From Actinomycetes bacterium (GTDB lineage: Bacteria; Actinomycetota; UBA4738; HRBIN12), in assembly GCA_021155985.1 (NCBI GenBank), contig JAJNBA010000005.1, positions 61,855 to 125,854 of the forward strand: a stretch of DNA of 64,000 nucleotides. The letters run 5' to 3'. A model generated the notes under the pieces. It was not told the origin of the DNA. It saw nothing but the letters and a program-made list of their open reading frames with translations, and ran no database searches. Both the position numbers and the translations under genes were made by a program. Below, one piece after another: positions 33,768 to 44,580 of the stretch (its first letter is position 1; each line of letters opens with the position of its first letter).

Positions 33768-35626
33768 GCGGCACCCCCGTCGAAGACGCCCAGCTTGGAG
33801 ATCGCGGACTGGACGGCGTTGGCCGCCGTCTGTCCGAGGCCGCAGATCGACGCGTCGCGCATCACCCGGGCCACCTCGTCGATCAGGGCGAGCTCGTCCT
33901 GGGCGGAGCCGATCGGGGTCCCCGCCACGAGCCGATGGAGCGCTTCCTCCTGCCGCACGGTTCCCACGCGGCACGGCACGCACTGCCCACAGCTCTCGTC
34001 GCGGAAGAACCGTGCGATCCGCAAGCACAGATCGACCAGGTCCGCGCGCTCGTCGAAGACCATGATCACGCCGGATCCGAGCGTGTAGCCGCCCTGTCGC
34101 GCGTCCTCGAACGTCAGCCTCGCATCGAGCATGTCCGGGCCCACGAACCCCCCGGCCGCTCCACCCAGCAGGACCGCCTTCAGCGTGCTCCCCCGAGGGA
34201 CACCGCCGGCGAGTGCGATCAGGTCGCGGACGGTCGCCCCGTGCTCGACCTCGTAGACACCGGGTCGCTCAACGGCACCGGAGAGACAGAACAGCCTGGG
34301 TCCGGTGGACCCCTCGGTGCCGATCGCAGCGTAGGCGTCGGCTCCGATCCGGAGGACCTCCAGGACGTTGATCAGGGTCTCCACGTTGTTGATCGCCGTC
34401 GGTCTGCCGAACACACCGAACGTGACCGGGAACGGCGGCTTGTTCCTCGGCTCTCCGCGCTTCCCCTCGAGCGAGTTGAACAGGGCCGTCTCCTCCCCAC
34501 AGATGTAGGCTCCGGCGCCGCGGCGGAGCTCGATGTCGAAGGTCCTGCCGCTGCCCATCACGTCGTCACCGAGGGATCCGTGCCGTCGCGCCTCTCCGAT
34601 CGCGTGCTCCATCCGCTCGGTCGCGAGCGGATATTCACCCCGGATGTACACGAAGCCTCGGTCGGCACCACACGCGAACCCCGCGACCGTCAACGACTCC
34701 ACCACAGCGAACGGGTCTTGCTCCATCACCACGCGGTCCTTGAACGTGCCCGGCTCGGACTCGTCGGCGTTGCAGACCACGTAGCGAGGCCCCGCGGGCT
34801 GGGTGGACACGGCCTGCCACTTGACGCCGGTCGGGAACGCGGCCCCGCCGCGACCCAGGAGCTTCGCTTCGGTGATGGCCTCGATCACGCGGCCTGGACC
34901 CATCTCGTACGCCGCGCGCAGCGCCTCGTACCCTCCGTGCGCGCGATAGTCGTCGATCGACGTGGGGTCGACGACGCCGGCGCGACGGAGCAAGCGCAGG
35001 CTGTCTCGGGATCCCGCATCCGCCGTCTGCGGAGCTCCCACGCCGCCGGCGCAGATGACGGCGGAGTCCGGCGCGACGACCTCGGCCACGGTCTCGCGCG
35101 TCGCGCCGCCGAGGGCGACCTCCGGTCGTCCCGCCCGCTGCGCGAAGACGGCCGGCGCCTGCTCGCACATGCCGAGGCACGGCGAACGGACCCACGTCCA
35201 GCCGCCGGCGTCTGCCCCTTCCGGCCCCGCGTCGCGCTCGAGCTCCCCGCAGAGGGCGAGGCCGCCGGCTCCCCTGCACGCGAGGTCGTCGCACACGTGG
35301 ACCACGTTGGCGGGTCGCTCCTCGACGCTGAACATCGCGTAGAACGTCGCCACGCCGTACGCCTCGGCCGGCGGAACGGAGAGCCGCTGGCACACGTAGT
35401 TCAGCCCTCCGCGGCTGATCCAGCCGACCCCCGCCTGGAGCGCGTGCAGGGCCGGCAGCAGCAGGTGCCGCTGCTCGCGCGCCTCGCGACCGGCGCGGAC
35501 GACGCGGAGATCGTCCGCGCTCCGCTCGGTGGCGCCCACCCAGCCGGTCTCCGGCGGCCCGAGGAGCCCGTCGACCGCGGCACGTTCTTCCGCGGTCGGC
35601 GCGGCCTCCATCAGATGCAGGTCCAC
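33764..35626 (-). CDS. NuoE/NuoF fusion, NAD(H)-binding diaphorase subunit
   Basis: CDDLAC..CLGMC; GRGGAAFP, NADESEPGTFKDR, GAGAYICGEET, SCGQCVPCR, SICGLG. Confidence 0.92.
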   Translation of the reverse strand: MDLHLMEAAPTAEERAAVDGLLGPPETGWVGATERSADDLRVVRAGREAREQRHLLLPALHALQAGVGWISRGGLNYVCQRLSVPPAEAYGVATFYAMFSVEERPANVVHVCDDLACRGAGGLALCGELERDAGPEGADAGGWTWVRSPCLGMCEQAPAVFAQRAGRPEVALGGATRETVAEVVAPDSAVICAGGVGAPQTADAGSRDSLRLLRRAGVVDPTSIDDYRAHGGYEALRAAYEMGPGRVIEAITEAKLLGRGGAAFPTGVKWQAVSTQPAGPRYVVCNADESEPGTFKDRVVMEQDPFAVVESLTVAGFACGADRGFVYIRGEYPLATERMEHAIGEARRHGSLGDDVMGSGRTFDIELRRGAGAYICGEETALFNSLEGKRGEPRNKPPFPVTFGVFGRPTAINNVETLINVLEVLRIGADAYAAIGTEGSTGPRLFCLSGAVERPGVYEVEHGATVRDLIALAGGVPRGSTLKAVLLGGAAGGFVGPDMLDARLTFEDARQGGYTLGSGVIMVFDERADLVDLCLRIARFFRDESCGQCVPCRVGTVRQEEALHRLVAGTPIGSAQDELALIDEVARVMRDASICGLGQTAANAVQSAISKLGVFDGGAA

Positions 35627-35693
35627 GGCAACCTTCGCTTCCAGGGGGCTGCGCTCGCGCCTTCGACGCTCGCTCCTCGGGTCCCCGGCCCCG

Positions 35694-37628
35694 TCACTCG
35701 CCGCCCCCGCCGCCGCTCGCGACGGCCGGTTCCTCGAGCTTCTCCACGCGGACCGCGGTCGCCTTGAACTCCGCCGTCCCCGACTTCGGATCCCAAGCGT
35801 CGATCGTGAGGTTGTTCACGTCCACCTGGTCGGGGAAGTGCAGCGTCATGAACAGGAGACCGGGTCGCAGGCCCAGGGCGAGCCGGACCGGCGCCACGAC
35901 CTCGCCTCGTCGGGAGAGAACCCGGACCCGCTCCCCCTCGCGGAGCCTGAGGCGCTCCGCGTCCTCCGGGGACATGTCCAGTGTCTCCTCGCGTCGGAGC
36001 GGCGAGGTGTACTCGCCGGTCTGCACGCCGGTGTTGTAGGAGTCCAACCGACGACCGGTGGTGAGCCGGAACGGGTAGTCCTCGTCGAGCTCGTCTACGG
36101 GGGGCTCGTAGAGCACGACGGAGAACGGCGCCTTCCTCCCCTGCTCTGCCGGATCCTCGGACCACAGCCGCCCATGGAGGAACGTCGTTCCGGGATGCTC
36201 GTCGTCCGGGCACGGCCATTGGATCCCACCGAGCTCCTCGAGCCGCTCCCACGCCATCCCGGCGTGCATCGGCGACAGGCGCCGGACCTCCTCCCACACG
36301 TCGTGAGCGGAAGGGTCGCCCCAGTCGTGCCCCAGTCGAGCGGCGAGCTGCGCGATGATCCAGATGTCGTCCCGGGCATTCCCCGGTGGTTGCAGCGCGG
36401 GCCGCACGCGTTGCACGCGCCGCTCGCTGTTCGTCACGGTCCCCTCCGATTCGAACGCCGAGTTCGCCGCCGGCAGCACGACGTCGGCCATCTCCGCGGT
36501 GTGCGTCAGGAAGATGTCCTGGACGATCAGGATGTCGAGGTTGGCCAGGAGCTTGTGCGTGCGCTGGTTGTCGGCCTCGGAGGCCGCCGGGTTCTCTCCG
36601 ATCACGTAGAGCGCTGTGAGCTCGCCTTCCTCCATCGCCTCGAACATCTGGGAGAGATGCCACCCCTTCTTGGGGTTGATCTTCGATCCCCACTCCTGCT
36701 CGAAGCGAGCCCGCACGACATCGTTCTCGACCTCCTGGAAGCCGGTCAGGTGGTGAGGGATCGCGCCCATGTCGCCACCGCCCTGGACGTTGTTCTGGCC
36801 CCGCAGCGGGTTCAGCCCCGATCCGTACGTCCCCACGTGCCCGGTCAGAAGGCCGAGGTTGATCAGGGCCAGCACGTTGTCGGCGGCGTTGTGATGCTCC
36901 GTGATCCCGAGGGTCCAACAGATCATGGCGCGGTCCGCCTTGGCGTAGGCGTGCGCCACCTCGCGGATCACGTCCGCCGGGATCCCGGTGACCTCCGCGC
37001 CCCGCTCGAGCGTCCAGTCCATCACCGAGGCCACGTAGTCATCGAAGTCCGTCGTCGCGAGCTCGATGAACGCGCGGTGATGCAGATCGTTCACGATGAT
37101 CTCCCGAGCCATCGTGTTCGAGAGCGCGATGTCGGTCCCGACATCCAGGCCGAGCCAGAGGTCGCCCCACTCGGCGGACTCGGTGCGGCGGGGGTCGACG
37201 ACGATCAGTCGCATGCCCTTGTGGATCCCCTTCAGGACATGGTGGAAATAGATCGGGTGCGCCGCCCGGGCGTTCGAGCCCCAGAGCATCATGAGGTCGA
37301 CGTGCTCGACCTCCTCGTATGAGCTGGTACCGCCTCCGGCACCGAAGACCGTGGCCAGACCGACCACGCTCGGCGCGTGTCAGGTGCGGTTGCAGCTGTC
37401 GATGTTGTTGCTGCCGAGGGCCTGACGGAAGAACTTCTGGGCTGCGAAGTTCATCTCGTTCGTGGCCTTCGAGCAGCTGAACAGGCCGACCCCCGTGCCG
37501 CCGTGACGCTCCGTGGCGGCCCGCAACCCGTCGGCGGCCCGGTCGAGGGCCTCCTCCCAGGTCGCGACGCGCAGCTCGCCGTCCTCGCGCACCATCGGCT
37601 CGGTGAGTCGGGTGAGCCCGTTCGGCAT
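35694..37628 (-). CDS. Selenocysteine-containing formate dehydrogenase catalytic subunit (Mo/W-bisPGD)
   Basis: Two track ORFs join in frame through TGA 37380-37382 as NNIDSCNRT-U-HAPSV; RGQNNVQG, DVVLP, EFK motifs; SECIS follows. Confidence 0.92.
37350..37368 (-). promoter_or_regulatory. Bacterial SECIS hairpin
   Basis: CGTGGTC-GGTCT-GGCCACG stem-loop starting 11 nt after the UGA; GGUCU loop as in E. coli fdhF. Confidence 0.8.
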
Positions 37629-37754
37629 CCCGCTCCCTTCTGGTCGTGCTGGCCGTCGATCAGCAGCCGGACGTCCCGGCCGCACGGCGATTCTAGGCCC
37701 CTGCGGTGCCCCCGGGATGGGAGTTGGAACGCCGCGCCGTCTACCGTGTGCGGG

Positions 37755-38558
37755 ATGACCGAGCGTGGCTCCACGCGGGAACGTGCCCGCGAGCGGGGAG
37801 GCCTCCTGGATCGCCTGCGAGGCCGGAGGTCGCGGATCTCGCCCCACCCCGGCCCGGTGGACGCGGAGCAGGACGCGTCCACCAGCAAGTCGGGGGCGCT
37901 CCGCGCCGCGATCTTCGGGATGAACGACGGGCTCGTGTCGAATCTCTCCCTCATCTTCGGCGTGGCCGGATCGGTCGTGGAGCGTGACGTGGTGGTCATC
38001 GCCGGGATCGCCGGTCTTCTCGCGGGAGCGTTCTCGATGGCGGCAGGCGAATACGTCTCGATGAAGGTGCAGCGGGAGGTCTTCGAGCAACTGATCCACA
38101 GGGAGGCCCATGAGATCGCCACGCAGCCCGAGGAAGAGCTGCAGGAGCTCGCGGCGATCTACGAATCCAAGGGCATCGGGGCGGAGACCGCGGCGACGAT
38201 CGCCGCCGAGCTGATGAAGGATCCGCAGATCGCGCTGGCGACGCACGCACGCGAGGAGCTCGGGATCGACATGGAGGAGGGCCTCGGCTCCCCGTGGGCG
38301 GCCGCCGGATCCTCGTTCGGGACGTTCGCGATCGGTGCCGCGGTCCCGCTCCTGCCCTTCCTGTTCACGTCGGGCGGCTCGGCGGTCGCCGTCTCCGCCG
38401 GCCTCTCGGGGGTGACCCTGTTCGCCGTGGGCAGCGCGATGACCGTGCTCACCGGTCGGAGCGCGTTGTTCTCGGGCGCGCGGATGCTCGCGATCGGCGC
38501 GGTCGCCGCGACGATCACGTACGGGGTCGGCGCCCTACTGAACGTGGCCGTCTCTTAG
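37755..38558 (+). CDS. VIT1/CCC1 Fe/Mn transporter family
   Basis: LRAAIFGMNDGLVS, SMAAGEYVS, HAREELG. Confidence 0.92.
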   Translation: MTERGSTRERARERGGLLDRLRGRRSRISPHPGPVDAEQDASTSKSGALRAAIFGMNDGLVSNLSLIFGVAGSVVERDVVVIAGIAGLLAGAFSMAAGEYVSMKVQREVFEQLIHREAHEIATQPEEELQELAAIYESKGIGAETAATIAAELMKDPQIALATHAREELGIDMEEGLGSPWAAAGSSFGTFAIGAAVPLLPFLFTSGGSAVAVSAGLSGVTLFAVGSAMTVLTGRSALFSGARMLAIGAVAATITYGVGALLNVAVS

Positions 38559-39403
38559 TTCGCGTCTCCGACACGTTCGGGATGCGTGTACACGTTCAGC
38601 CGCTCATCGCGGACGAAGCCGACCAGCGTCATGCCGAACCGCTCGCCCGCCTCCACCGCGAGGGATGAGGGCGCGCTCACCGCGCTCACGATCGGGATGC
38701 CGGCGACCGCCGCCTTCTGCACGATCTCGAAGGAGAGCCGGCCACTCACCTGGAGGACGTGGTCCGCGAGCGGGACTCGACCGGCCAGCACCTGCTCCCC
38801 CACGACCTTGTCCACGGCGTTGTGACGGCCCACGTCCTCTCGGACGGAGACGACGCGACCGTCCGGGGAGAAGAGACCGGCTGCGTGGAGGCCCCCCGTC
38901 CGTTCGAAGACCTTCTGGGCCTTCCGGAGTGCATCGGGAAGGCCGAGCAGAGTGGCGGCATCGACGGTCGTTCCGGTGGCGACTGGGGCGCACCGGACCT
39001 CGATGTCGTCGAGGGCCGCCTTGCCACACACCCCGCAGGACGAAGTGGCGTAGAAGTTCCGCTTGAGACGGTCGAAGTCGAACGGCCGCACGAGCGTGAC
39101 CGAGACGATGTTGTACTGCTGATCCTCGCCGGGGAGCGTGTCGCAGTAGGCGACCCGGCTCACGTCCCCGGGCACGATCAGGCCCTCGGTGAACAGGAAG
39201 CCCACGGCGAGCTCGAAGTCGCCACCAGGGGTCCGCATGGTGACGGCCACGGAGCGCTGTTCCTGACCAGGGCCTTGCACACGGATCTCGAGCGGCTCCT
39301 CGGCGGCCAGGGTGTCGGTCCGCTCCGAGCGGACCCCGTCGTTCATCGCGACGACGTGCACGTTCGCGATGTTCCGGCGGAGAGGCTGCGCTGCGGTCGC
39401 CAT
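38555..39403 (-). CDS. fdhD: Formate dehydrogenase accessory sulfurtransferase
   Basis: EEPLEI, TMRTPG, SSCGVCG, TGGLHAA, EDVGRHNAVDK. Confidence 0.95.
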   Translation of the reverse strand: MATAAQPLRRNIANVHVVAMNDGVRSERTDTLAAEEPLEIRVQGPGQEQRSVAVTMRTPGGDFELAVGFLFTEGLIVPGDVSRVAYCDTLPGEDQQYNIVSVTLVRPFDFDRLKRNFYATSSCGVCGKAALDDIEVRCAPVATGTTVDAATLLGLPDALRKAQKVFERTGGLHAAGLFSPDGRVVSVREDVGRHNAVDKVVGEQVLAGRVPLADHVLQVSGRLSFEIVQKAAVAGIPIVSAVSAPSSLAVEAGERFGMTLVGFVRDERLNVYTHPERVGDAN

Positions 39404-39532
39404 GGGAACGATTATCGTCCTTCCGAGGTGCGCGGAACGGGCGATGACCGCACGGCTCCTCACCACCCGGCTCGGACCCGAGCACGAGCGCCTAGGAACG
39501 GACTGGCCCCCTCCTCGCGCTACGCTCGCGAC

Positions 39533-39859
39533 GTGACGCGCCGCACCTGGATGTTCGTTCTCGTCGTGGCGATCCTCGGGGCCGCCGTGGGGCTCGTGTA
39601 CGTGATCGTGTACGACCCGCTGTGCATGTATCCCGCCGGGATCCTGGATCCTGCCCCCGGCGGATGCGCGCATGATGAGATCTTCGGGTGGCAGCCGGGG
39701 TCGCTCGCGGTCCCCATATGGACGCTGATCGGGCTGGTGGGTGGTGGACTCGTCGGCTGGGTCGCAGCGGGGCCGATGACACCCATCCGCTGGCTGCTGA
39801 TCGGGTTCGTCGTCGTCGTTGGTGTGATCGCCTACTTCGCCTGGGTGTACACGGGGTGA
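39533..39859 (+). CDS. Small 3-TM hypothetical membrane protein
   Basis: Hydrophobic 108-aa ORF with a Cys pair in a loop; TACGCT -10 six nt before GTG. Confidence 0.6.
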   Translation: MTRRTWMFVLVVAILGAAVGLVYVIVYDPLCMYPAGILDPAPGGCAHDEIFGWQPGSLAVPIWTLIGLVGGGLVGWVAAGPMTPIRWLLIGFVVVVGVIAYFAWVYTG

Positions 39860-39932
39860 CAACATGAGGAGGCCTTCCCATCGTCCCCAAGCACGTCGGC
39901 GGCGAACGCAGGGTGTCCGGGATCGAACCGCG

Positions 39933-41147
39933 CTAGTGGGAGACGGCGGCGGCGGCGATCTCGGAGACGAGCTCTCGCTTCCAGAACCGCTCCAGCGCGA
40001 ACGGCGCGATCAGATCGGGGACCTGGTTGTCGGCGATGAGGTCGGCCATCGTGACGCCGACGATCGGTGTGGCTTTGAAGCCGTAGGTTCCCCAGCCGCC
40101 GTCGATCAGGAAGCCCTCCACGTCCGTGAGGCCCATGATCGGCGAGTAGTCGGGCGTCACGTCGCAGAGCCCTCCCCAGGCTCGCATGAGTTTCACCTTG
40201 CCGAGCATCGGGAGGAGCTCGAGGGAATGGGCCGCCGTGACCTCGAGGAAGTCGAGCGTCGACTCCTGCGAGTACGACGTGTAGGGCTCGATCTCCGAGC
40301 CGATCAACACCTCGCCCCGGTCGGTCTGCGAGATGTACACGTGCAGCGTGGCCGAGACCAGGATCACATCGAGGAAGGGCTTCAGCGGCTCCGTCACGAA
40401 CGCCTGCAGCGGGTGCGTGACGATCGGCGTCTCCACCCCCGCCATGCGGCAGACCTCGCTCGTCCATCCCGCCACCGCCGAGATGACGATGCCCGCGGCG
40501 ATGTCGCCCCGGTTCGTCCGGACGCCGGTGACGCGACCGTCGCGGACGTCGATGTCGGTCACGTCGGTGCCCTGATGGATGTGCACACCCATCCGGTCGG
40601 CCATCCGCGCGTACGCCCAGACGACGGCGTCGTGGCGGATCACGCCCCCCGGCGGGTGGTAGAGCGCGGCCATGATCGGGAAGTCGGGGTGGGTGGAGAG
40701 ATCGAGCTCCGGGCAGAGCTTCGCGATCTCGTCCGGGTAGATCACCCGCGAGTCCACGCCGAGGAGCCGGTTCACCTCTGCGCGCTCGTGCGCGACGATC
40801 ACGGCGCGCTCGGCATGGGCGAGGGTCAGGTGGCCCTCCTGGGAGAGCAGGAGGTTGTAATCCAGCTCCTGCGCGAGCTGCTCGTAGAGCCGGAGGGACT
40901 CCTTGTAGAAGGCCACGCCCTCCGGCGTTCGGTAGTTCGCCCGGACGATCGTCGTGTTGCGGCCGGACCCGCCGGCGCCGATGTAGCTCTTGTCGAGGAC
41001 CGCGACGTCGCGGATGCCGCGCTTCGCCAGCTCGTAGGCGATCGCGAGCCCGTGGGCGCCGCCGCCGACGATCACGACGTCGTAGGCATCCTTCATCTCG
41101 TGACGGCGCCACATCCGCCACGGCCTGAAGTACCGGATCGGGTGCAT
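39933..41147 (-). CDS. soxB: Sarcosine oxidase-family beta subunit
   Basis: GGGAHGLA, GSGRNTTIVRANY, HDAVVW, QAFVTEP, GWGTYGFK, AAAVSH. Confidence 0.9.
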   Translation of the reverse strand: MHPIRYFRPWRMWRRHEMKDAYDVVIVGGGAHGLAIAYELAKRGIRDVAVLDKSYIGAGGSGRNTTIVRANYRTPEGVAFYKESLRLYEQLAQELDYNLLLSQEGHLTLAHAERAVIVAHERAEVNRLLGVDSRVIYPDEIAKLCPELDLSTHPDFPIMAALYHPPGGVIRHDAVVWAYARMADRMGVHIHQGTDVTDIDVRDGRVTGVRTNRGDIAAGIVISAVAGWTSEVCRMAGVETPIVTHPLQAFVTEPLKPFLDVILVSATLHVYISQTDRGEVLIGSEIEPYTSYSQESTLDFLEVTAAHSLELLPMLGKVKLMRAWGGLCDVTPDYSPIMGLTDVEGFLIDGGWGTYGFKATPIVGVTMADLIADNQVPDLIAPFALERFWKRELVSEIAAAAVSH

Positions 41148-41773
41148 CAGCGCCAGCCTTCCGCTCGGAGGGCCTGCCACCCGGCCGGCGCGCCGCCGAG
41201 GCTCGTCACGATGCCCGAGAGCGTCTCCCACACGTACCGGCCGAACTCTGTGGCCACGAACACCTCGAGGAGGGGGAACGGGAGTTCGCGGCGGACCAGC
41301 AGCGCCCGGACCTCGGCGATCGGTGCGCCGGCCGCCGCGCCCGGCGGAAGGGTCGAGGGATCCCACGAAGTGGCACGCTGGACCACCTCCGGCAACGCCG
41401 GCCCGGCCAGCGCCACGCCGGCGAACAGGTGGGTCACGTCGGTCACCATCGCCCCGGCCCCGGCGACGGGTTCGATCGCCCGGATCAGCCTCCCTTCCGC
41501 GTCTGGCGCTCCGAGCAGCACCGCCCACTCCGCCGAGATCCGCGCGAGGACGGTGTCGGCCGGCGAGGGCAGCGCCTCCGGGATGCGGCCCCGGATGTCC
41601 ACCTTGGCGCGTGCCGTGATGTCCGCGATCGCCACGCGATCGCGGATCGCCGCGCGCTCCTCCGCGTGGTTCCCGTACGAGGCGGGGATCTCCCATCCCG
41701 CCTCCTCCACGAACACCGCCCCGCGGCGCGACGACAGCCGCGCCGCGGGTGAGCGCCGGATGGCCGTGCTCAC
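41147..41773 (-). CDS. Sarcosine oxidase gamma-like subunit
   Basis: GcvT-like DITARAKV, LAGP, FGRYVWE; GTGA overlap with alpha subunit. Confidence 0.75.
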   Translation of the reverse strand: MSTAIRRSPAARLSSRRGAVFVEEAGWEIPASYGNHAEERAAIRDRVAIADITARAKVDIRGRIPEALPSPADTVLARISAEWAVLLGAPDAEGRLIRAIEPVAGAGAMVTDVTHLFAGVALAGPALPEVVQRATSWDPSTLPPGAAAGAPIAEVRALLVRRELPFPLLEVFVATEFGRYVWETLSGIVTSLGGAPAGWQALRAEGWR

Positions 41774-44580
41774 GACCGGAGCCTCTCGCCGCGCGGGTCG
41801 TAGAACGGATCGATCCGGACCGTTCCGATCGTGTGGCTCCCGCCGAACTGGATCTCGAACGTGCTGCCGTCCGCGGCCCACTCCGCGGGCACCCACGCCA
41901 GCCCGACCACGCCACCGACGGCCTCGCTCCGCCTCGCCGAGGTGACCCGGCCGACCCACGCTCCCTCGCGCACCACGGACGCGCCTTCGGGCGGCAGCCA
42001 GCGCTCCGGCGCCGTGAACCCGACGAGCCGCTCGAGCGGGCCCCGCTCCTTCAAGTCGCGGAGCGACCGCAGACCGAGGAAGTCCTCCTTGTCGTCCTTC
42101 ACCATCCAGCCGAGCCCCGCCTCGTAGGGATCGGATTCGGCGTCCGTGTCCTGTCCCACGAGGATGTGCTGCTTCTCCAGGCGGAGGATCCGCTGGGCCT
42201 CCAGACCGAAGGCGACGATCCCGTGGGAGCGACCGGCCCCCATCACGGCGTCCCACAGGTGCTCGCCGTAGGCGGACGGGAAGTGGATCTCGTAGCCCGT
42301 CTCCCCCACGAAGCCGATCCGCAGCACCAGCGAAGGCACGTCCGCCACCGCCATCCTGGTCGCGGTCATGTACGGCATCGCCGACCCGGAGACGTCCGCG
42401 TCCGTGAGCGAGGTCATCACGTCGCGGGCTCGGGGCCCGGCCAGGTTGACGGCCCCGTAGGCCCCCGTCACGTTCAGGATGAGCGCGTCGAGGCCCCAGT
42501 CCGCGTTCCACCAGGTGATCCATCGTTCCAGCGCGGCCGTGTTCCCCGTCGTCACCGTGACGAAGAACTCATCGTCGGCCAGGCGAACGACGGCTCCGTC
42601 GTCGAGGATGACTCCCTCGTCGTTGAGCATCACGCCGTACCGGACCCGTCCCACGGCGAGGTCCGAGAACCGGTTCGGGTAGAGCCGTTCGAGGAGCTCG
42701 ACCGACTCGGGGCCTTTGATCCGGAACGTGCCGAGGGTGCTCACGTCGATCAGGCCGACTCGGTTTCGGACGGCGGCGACCTCCGCTTCGGGGGTCGTGT
42801 AGTGGTGAGGACGTCGCCAGTCCCCGGCCCACATGAACTCCGCGCCCGCGGCGACGTGCCGGTCGTGCATCGTCGTCTCCTTGCGCGGGGTGAGCCGGGC
42901 GCCGGCCAGCGTGCCCATCTCCACCGGTACCCACGGCGGCCGCGACGTGGTGGGCGACGTCTCGGCGAAGGACCGGCCCGTGATTGCGCCGCAGAGTCGT
43001 TGCGACGAGGCCATGCACGCCTTCCCCTGACAGGGGCCCATCGTGATCGTCGTGTAGCGCTTGAGGAGCTCCATCGAGTCGAACCCCTCGGCCGCGGCCG
43101 TCGTGAGCTCCTTCGCGGTCACGTCCATGCAGACGCAGGCGAACTGTTTCCCGGACGCCGCCGATGCCTCCGGCGGTAGGACGATCGGGTCTCCGGATCG
43201 AGCGGCCTCGCTCCGGAGTGCCGCGATCGACGCCGCGTCCACCGGGTGTCCCGATCCCGCCGCTGCCTCGAGACCCGCGAGCCTTCCTTGCGCCACGGAG
43301 GCCTCCGGAGAGCGGGCCCCCGCCACCGCCCCCACGGCCCACATGCGATCGGGCATCTCGTCCGGGAGGAAGGCCTGCAACGTCTCATCGAAGACCAAGC
43401 GCGCTCCGGCCTGCGCGAGGAGGTTCGTGGACGGCGTCTGCACGCAGGCGTTCACGACGAGATCGCAGGAGACCTTCTGCCCCGACGTCGCGCCGACGGT
43501 GCCGACGGACACGGCGCTCACCCGCCGCCGCCCGTGCGCGGACAGGATCGTGGCTCCGGCGAACACCGGGAACCCCTCCGGCCAGCCACCGTCGGAGCGG
43601 AGATCGACGACCGTCACCTCCGCTCCGGCGTCCTTCAGGGCCCAGGCGGTCGAGTAGCCGACGTTGTCGCCGGTGAGGACCACCGCCCGCCGGCCGGGGA
43701 GCACGCCGTAGCGGTGGAGCAGCAGATGCACGGCGGACGAGAGCATCACGCCGGGAAGGTCGTTGCCGGGGAACACCGCGGATCCCTCGACCGCCCCCGT
43801 GGCGAAGATCACGTGTTGGGCGCGGATCCGATACAGGGCGTCCGGCCCCGACGCCCCGATCAGCCCGCCACCGAAGACCCCGAACGCCGCCGTCTCCGCC
43901 AGGAACCGTGCTCTTGACCCGAGGGCTTCCCGCGCGAGCGCCGATCGGAGGGTGCTGCTCGCTTCCCCCAGGAGGTGGCCGCCGGCCTCGCGGCCCTGGT
44001 CGAGCAGGACGACCGATGCCCCCGCCTTCGCGGCCTCGGCCGTGGCCGCGAGGCCGGCCGCCCCGGCACCGATCACGAGGACGTCGGGGTGCAGGTTGAT
44101 CCGCCGGCGCCGCCGGTGATCGGGCTCCTGGGGCACCCTGCCCAGCCCGGCCTTCGAACGGATGTAGGGCTCCACGAGGGGCCATGCCCAGTGAGGGTGC
44201 TGGAAGATCTTGTAGTAGAAGCCCGGCGGCATCATGAACGAGAACGTGTTCAGCCATCCGTGGATGTCCCGGTCGGCGGAGGGCCATGCGTTCTGGCGTT
44301 CGACCCGCATGCCTTCCCGCGCGGGCTCGGTACAGGCGCGCACGTTGGGGATCCCGTCGATCTGCATCAGGCAGTTCGGGCACGAACCCGTCATGCACGA
44401 CAGCCCGCGGGGCCGGTGGTACTTGAACGACCGACCCGTGATCGTGACGCCCGCCGCCGCCAGCGCCGATCCCACGGTGTCCCCTTCGAACGCGGCGATC
44501 GTCCTGCGCTCGAGCCGGAACCTGATCCGCCGGTCGCGCCGGATCGCTTCGCCCTGACGCGCCGGGAGACGTTCGCTCAC
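41770..44580 (-). CDS. soxA: Sarcosine oxidase-family alpha subunit (2Fe-2S-like, FAD/NAD, GcvT THF domain)
   Basis: RSFKYHRPRG, CMTGSCPNC, GAGAAGL, KRYTT..MGPCQG, DVSTLG, GFVGETGYE, FYDP. Confidence 0.9.
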   Translation of the reverse strand: MSERLPARQGEAIRRDRRIRFRLERRTIAAFEGDTVGSALAAAGVTITGRSFKYHRPRGLSCMTGSCPNCLMQIDGIPNVRACTEPAREGMRVERQNAWPSADRDIHGWLNTFSFMMPPGFYYKIFQHPHWAWPLVEPYIRSKAGLGRVPQEPDHRRRRRINLHPDVLVIGAGAAGLAATAEAAKAGASVVLLDQGREAGGHLLGEASSTLRSALAREALGSRARFLAETAAFGVFGGGLIGASGPDALYRIRAQHVIFATGAVEGSAVFPGNDLPGVMLSSAVHLLLHRYGVLPGRRAVVLTGDNVGYSTAWALKDAGAEVTVVDLRSDGGWPEGFPVFAGATILSAHGRRRVSAVSVGTVGATSGQKVSCDLVVNACVQTPSTNLLAQAGARLVFDETLQAFLPDEMPDRMWAVGAVAGARSPEASVAQGRLAGLEAAAGSGHPVDAASIAALRSEAARSGDPIVLPPEASAASGKQFACVCMDVTAKELTTAAAEGFDSMELLKRYTTITMGPCQGKACMASSQRLCGAITGRSFAETSPTTSRPPWVPVEMGTLAGARLTPRKETTMHDRHVAAGAEFMWAGDWRRPHHYTTPEAEVAAVRNRVGLIDVSTLGTFRIKGPESVELLERLYPNRFSDLAVGRVRYGVMLNDEGVILDDGAVVRLADDEFFVTVTTGNTAALERWITWWNADWGLDALILNVTGAYGAVNLAGPRARDVMTSLTDADVSGSAMPYMTATRMAVADVPSLVLRIGFVGETGYEIHFPSAYGEHLWDAVMGAGRSHGIVAFGLEAQRILRLEKQHILVGQDTDAESDPYEAGLGWMVKDDKEDFLGLRSLRDLKERGPLERLVGFTAPERWLPPEGASVVREGAWVGRVTSARRSEAVGGVVGLAWVPAEWAADGSTFEIQFGGSHTIGTVRIDPFYDPRGERLRS

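Noticed and set aside
37380..37382. Premature stop making FDH a pseudogene
   Set aside because: TGA sits at the catalytic Cys/Sec position with a SECIS hairpin, so it is read as Sec.
39918..39932. GGTTCGATCC T-loop-like motif on the minus strand
   Set aside because: No paired T stem or cloverleaf around it; not a tRNA.
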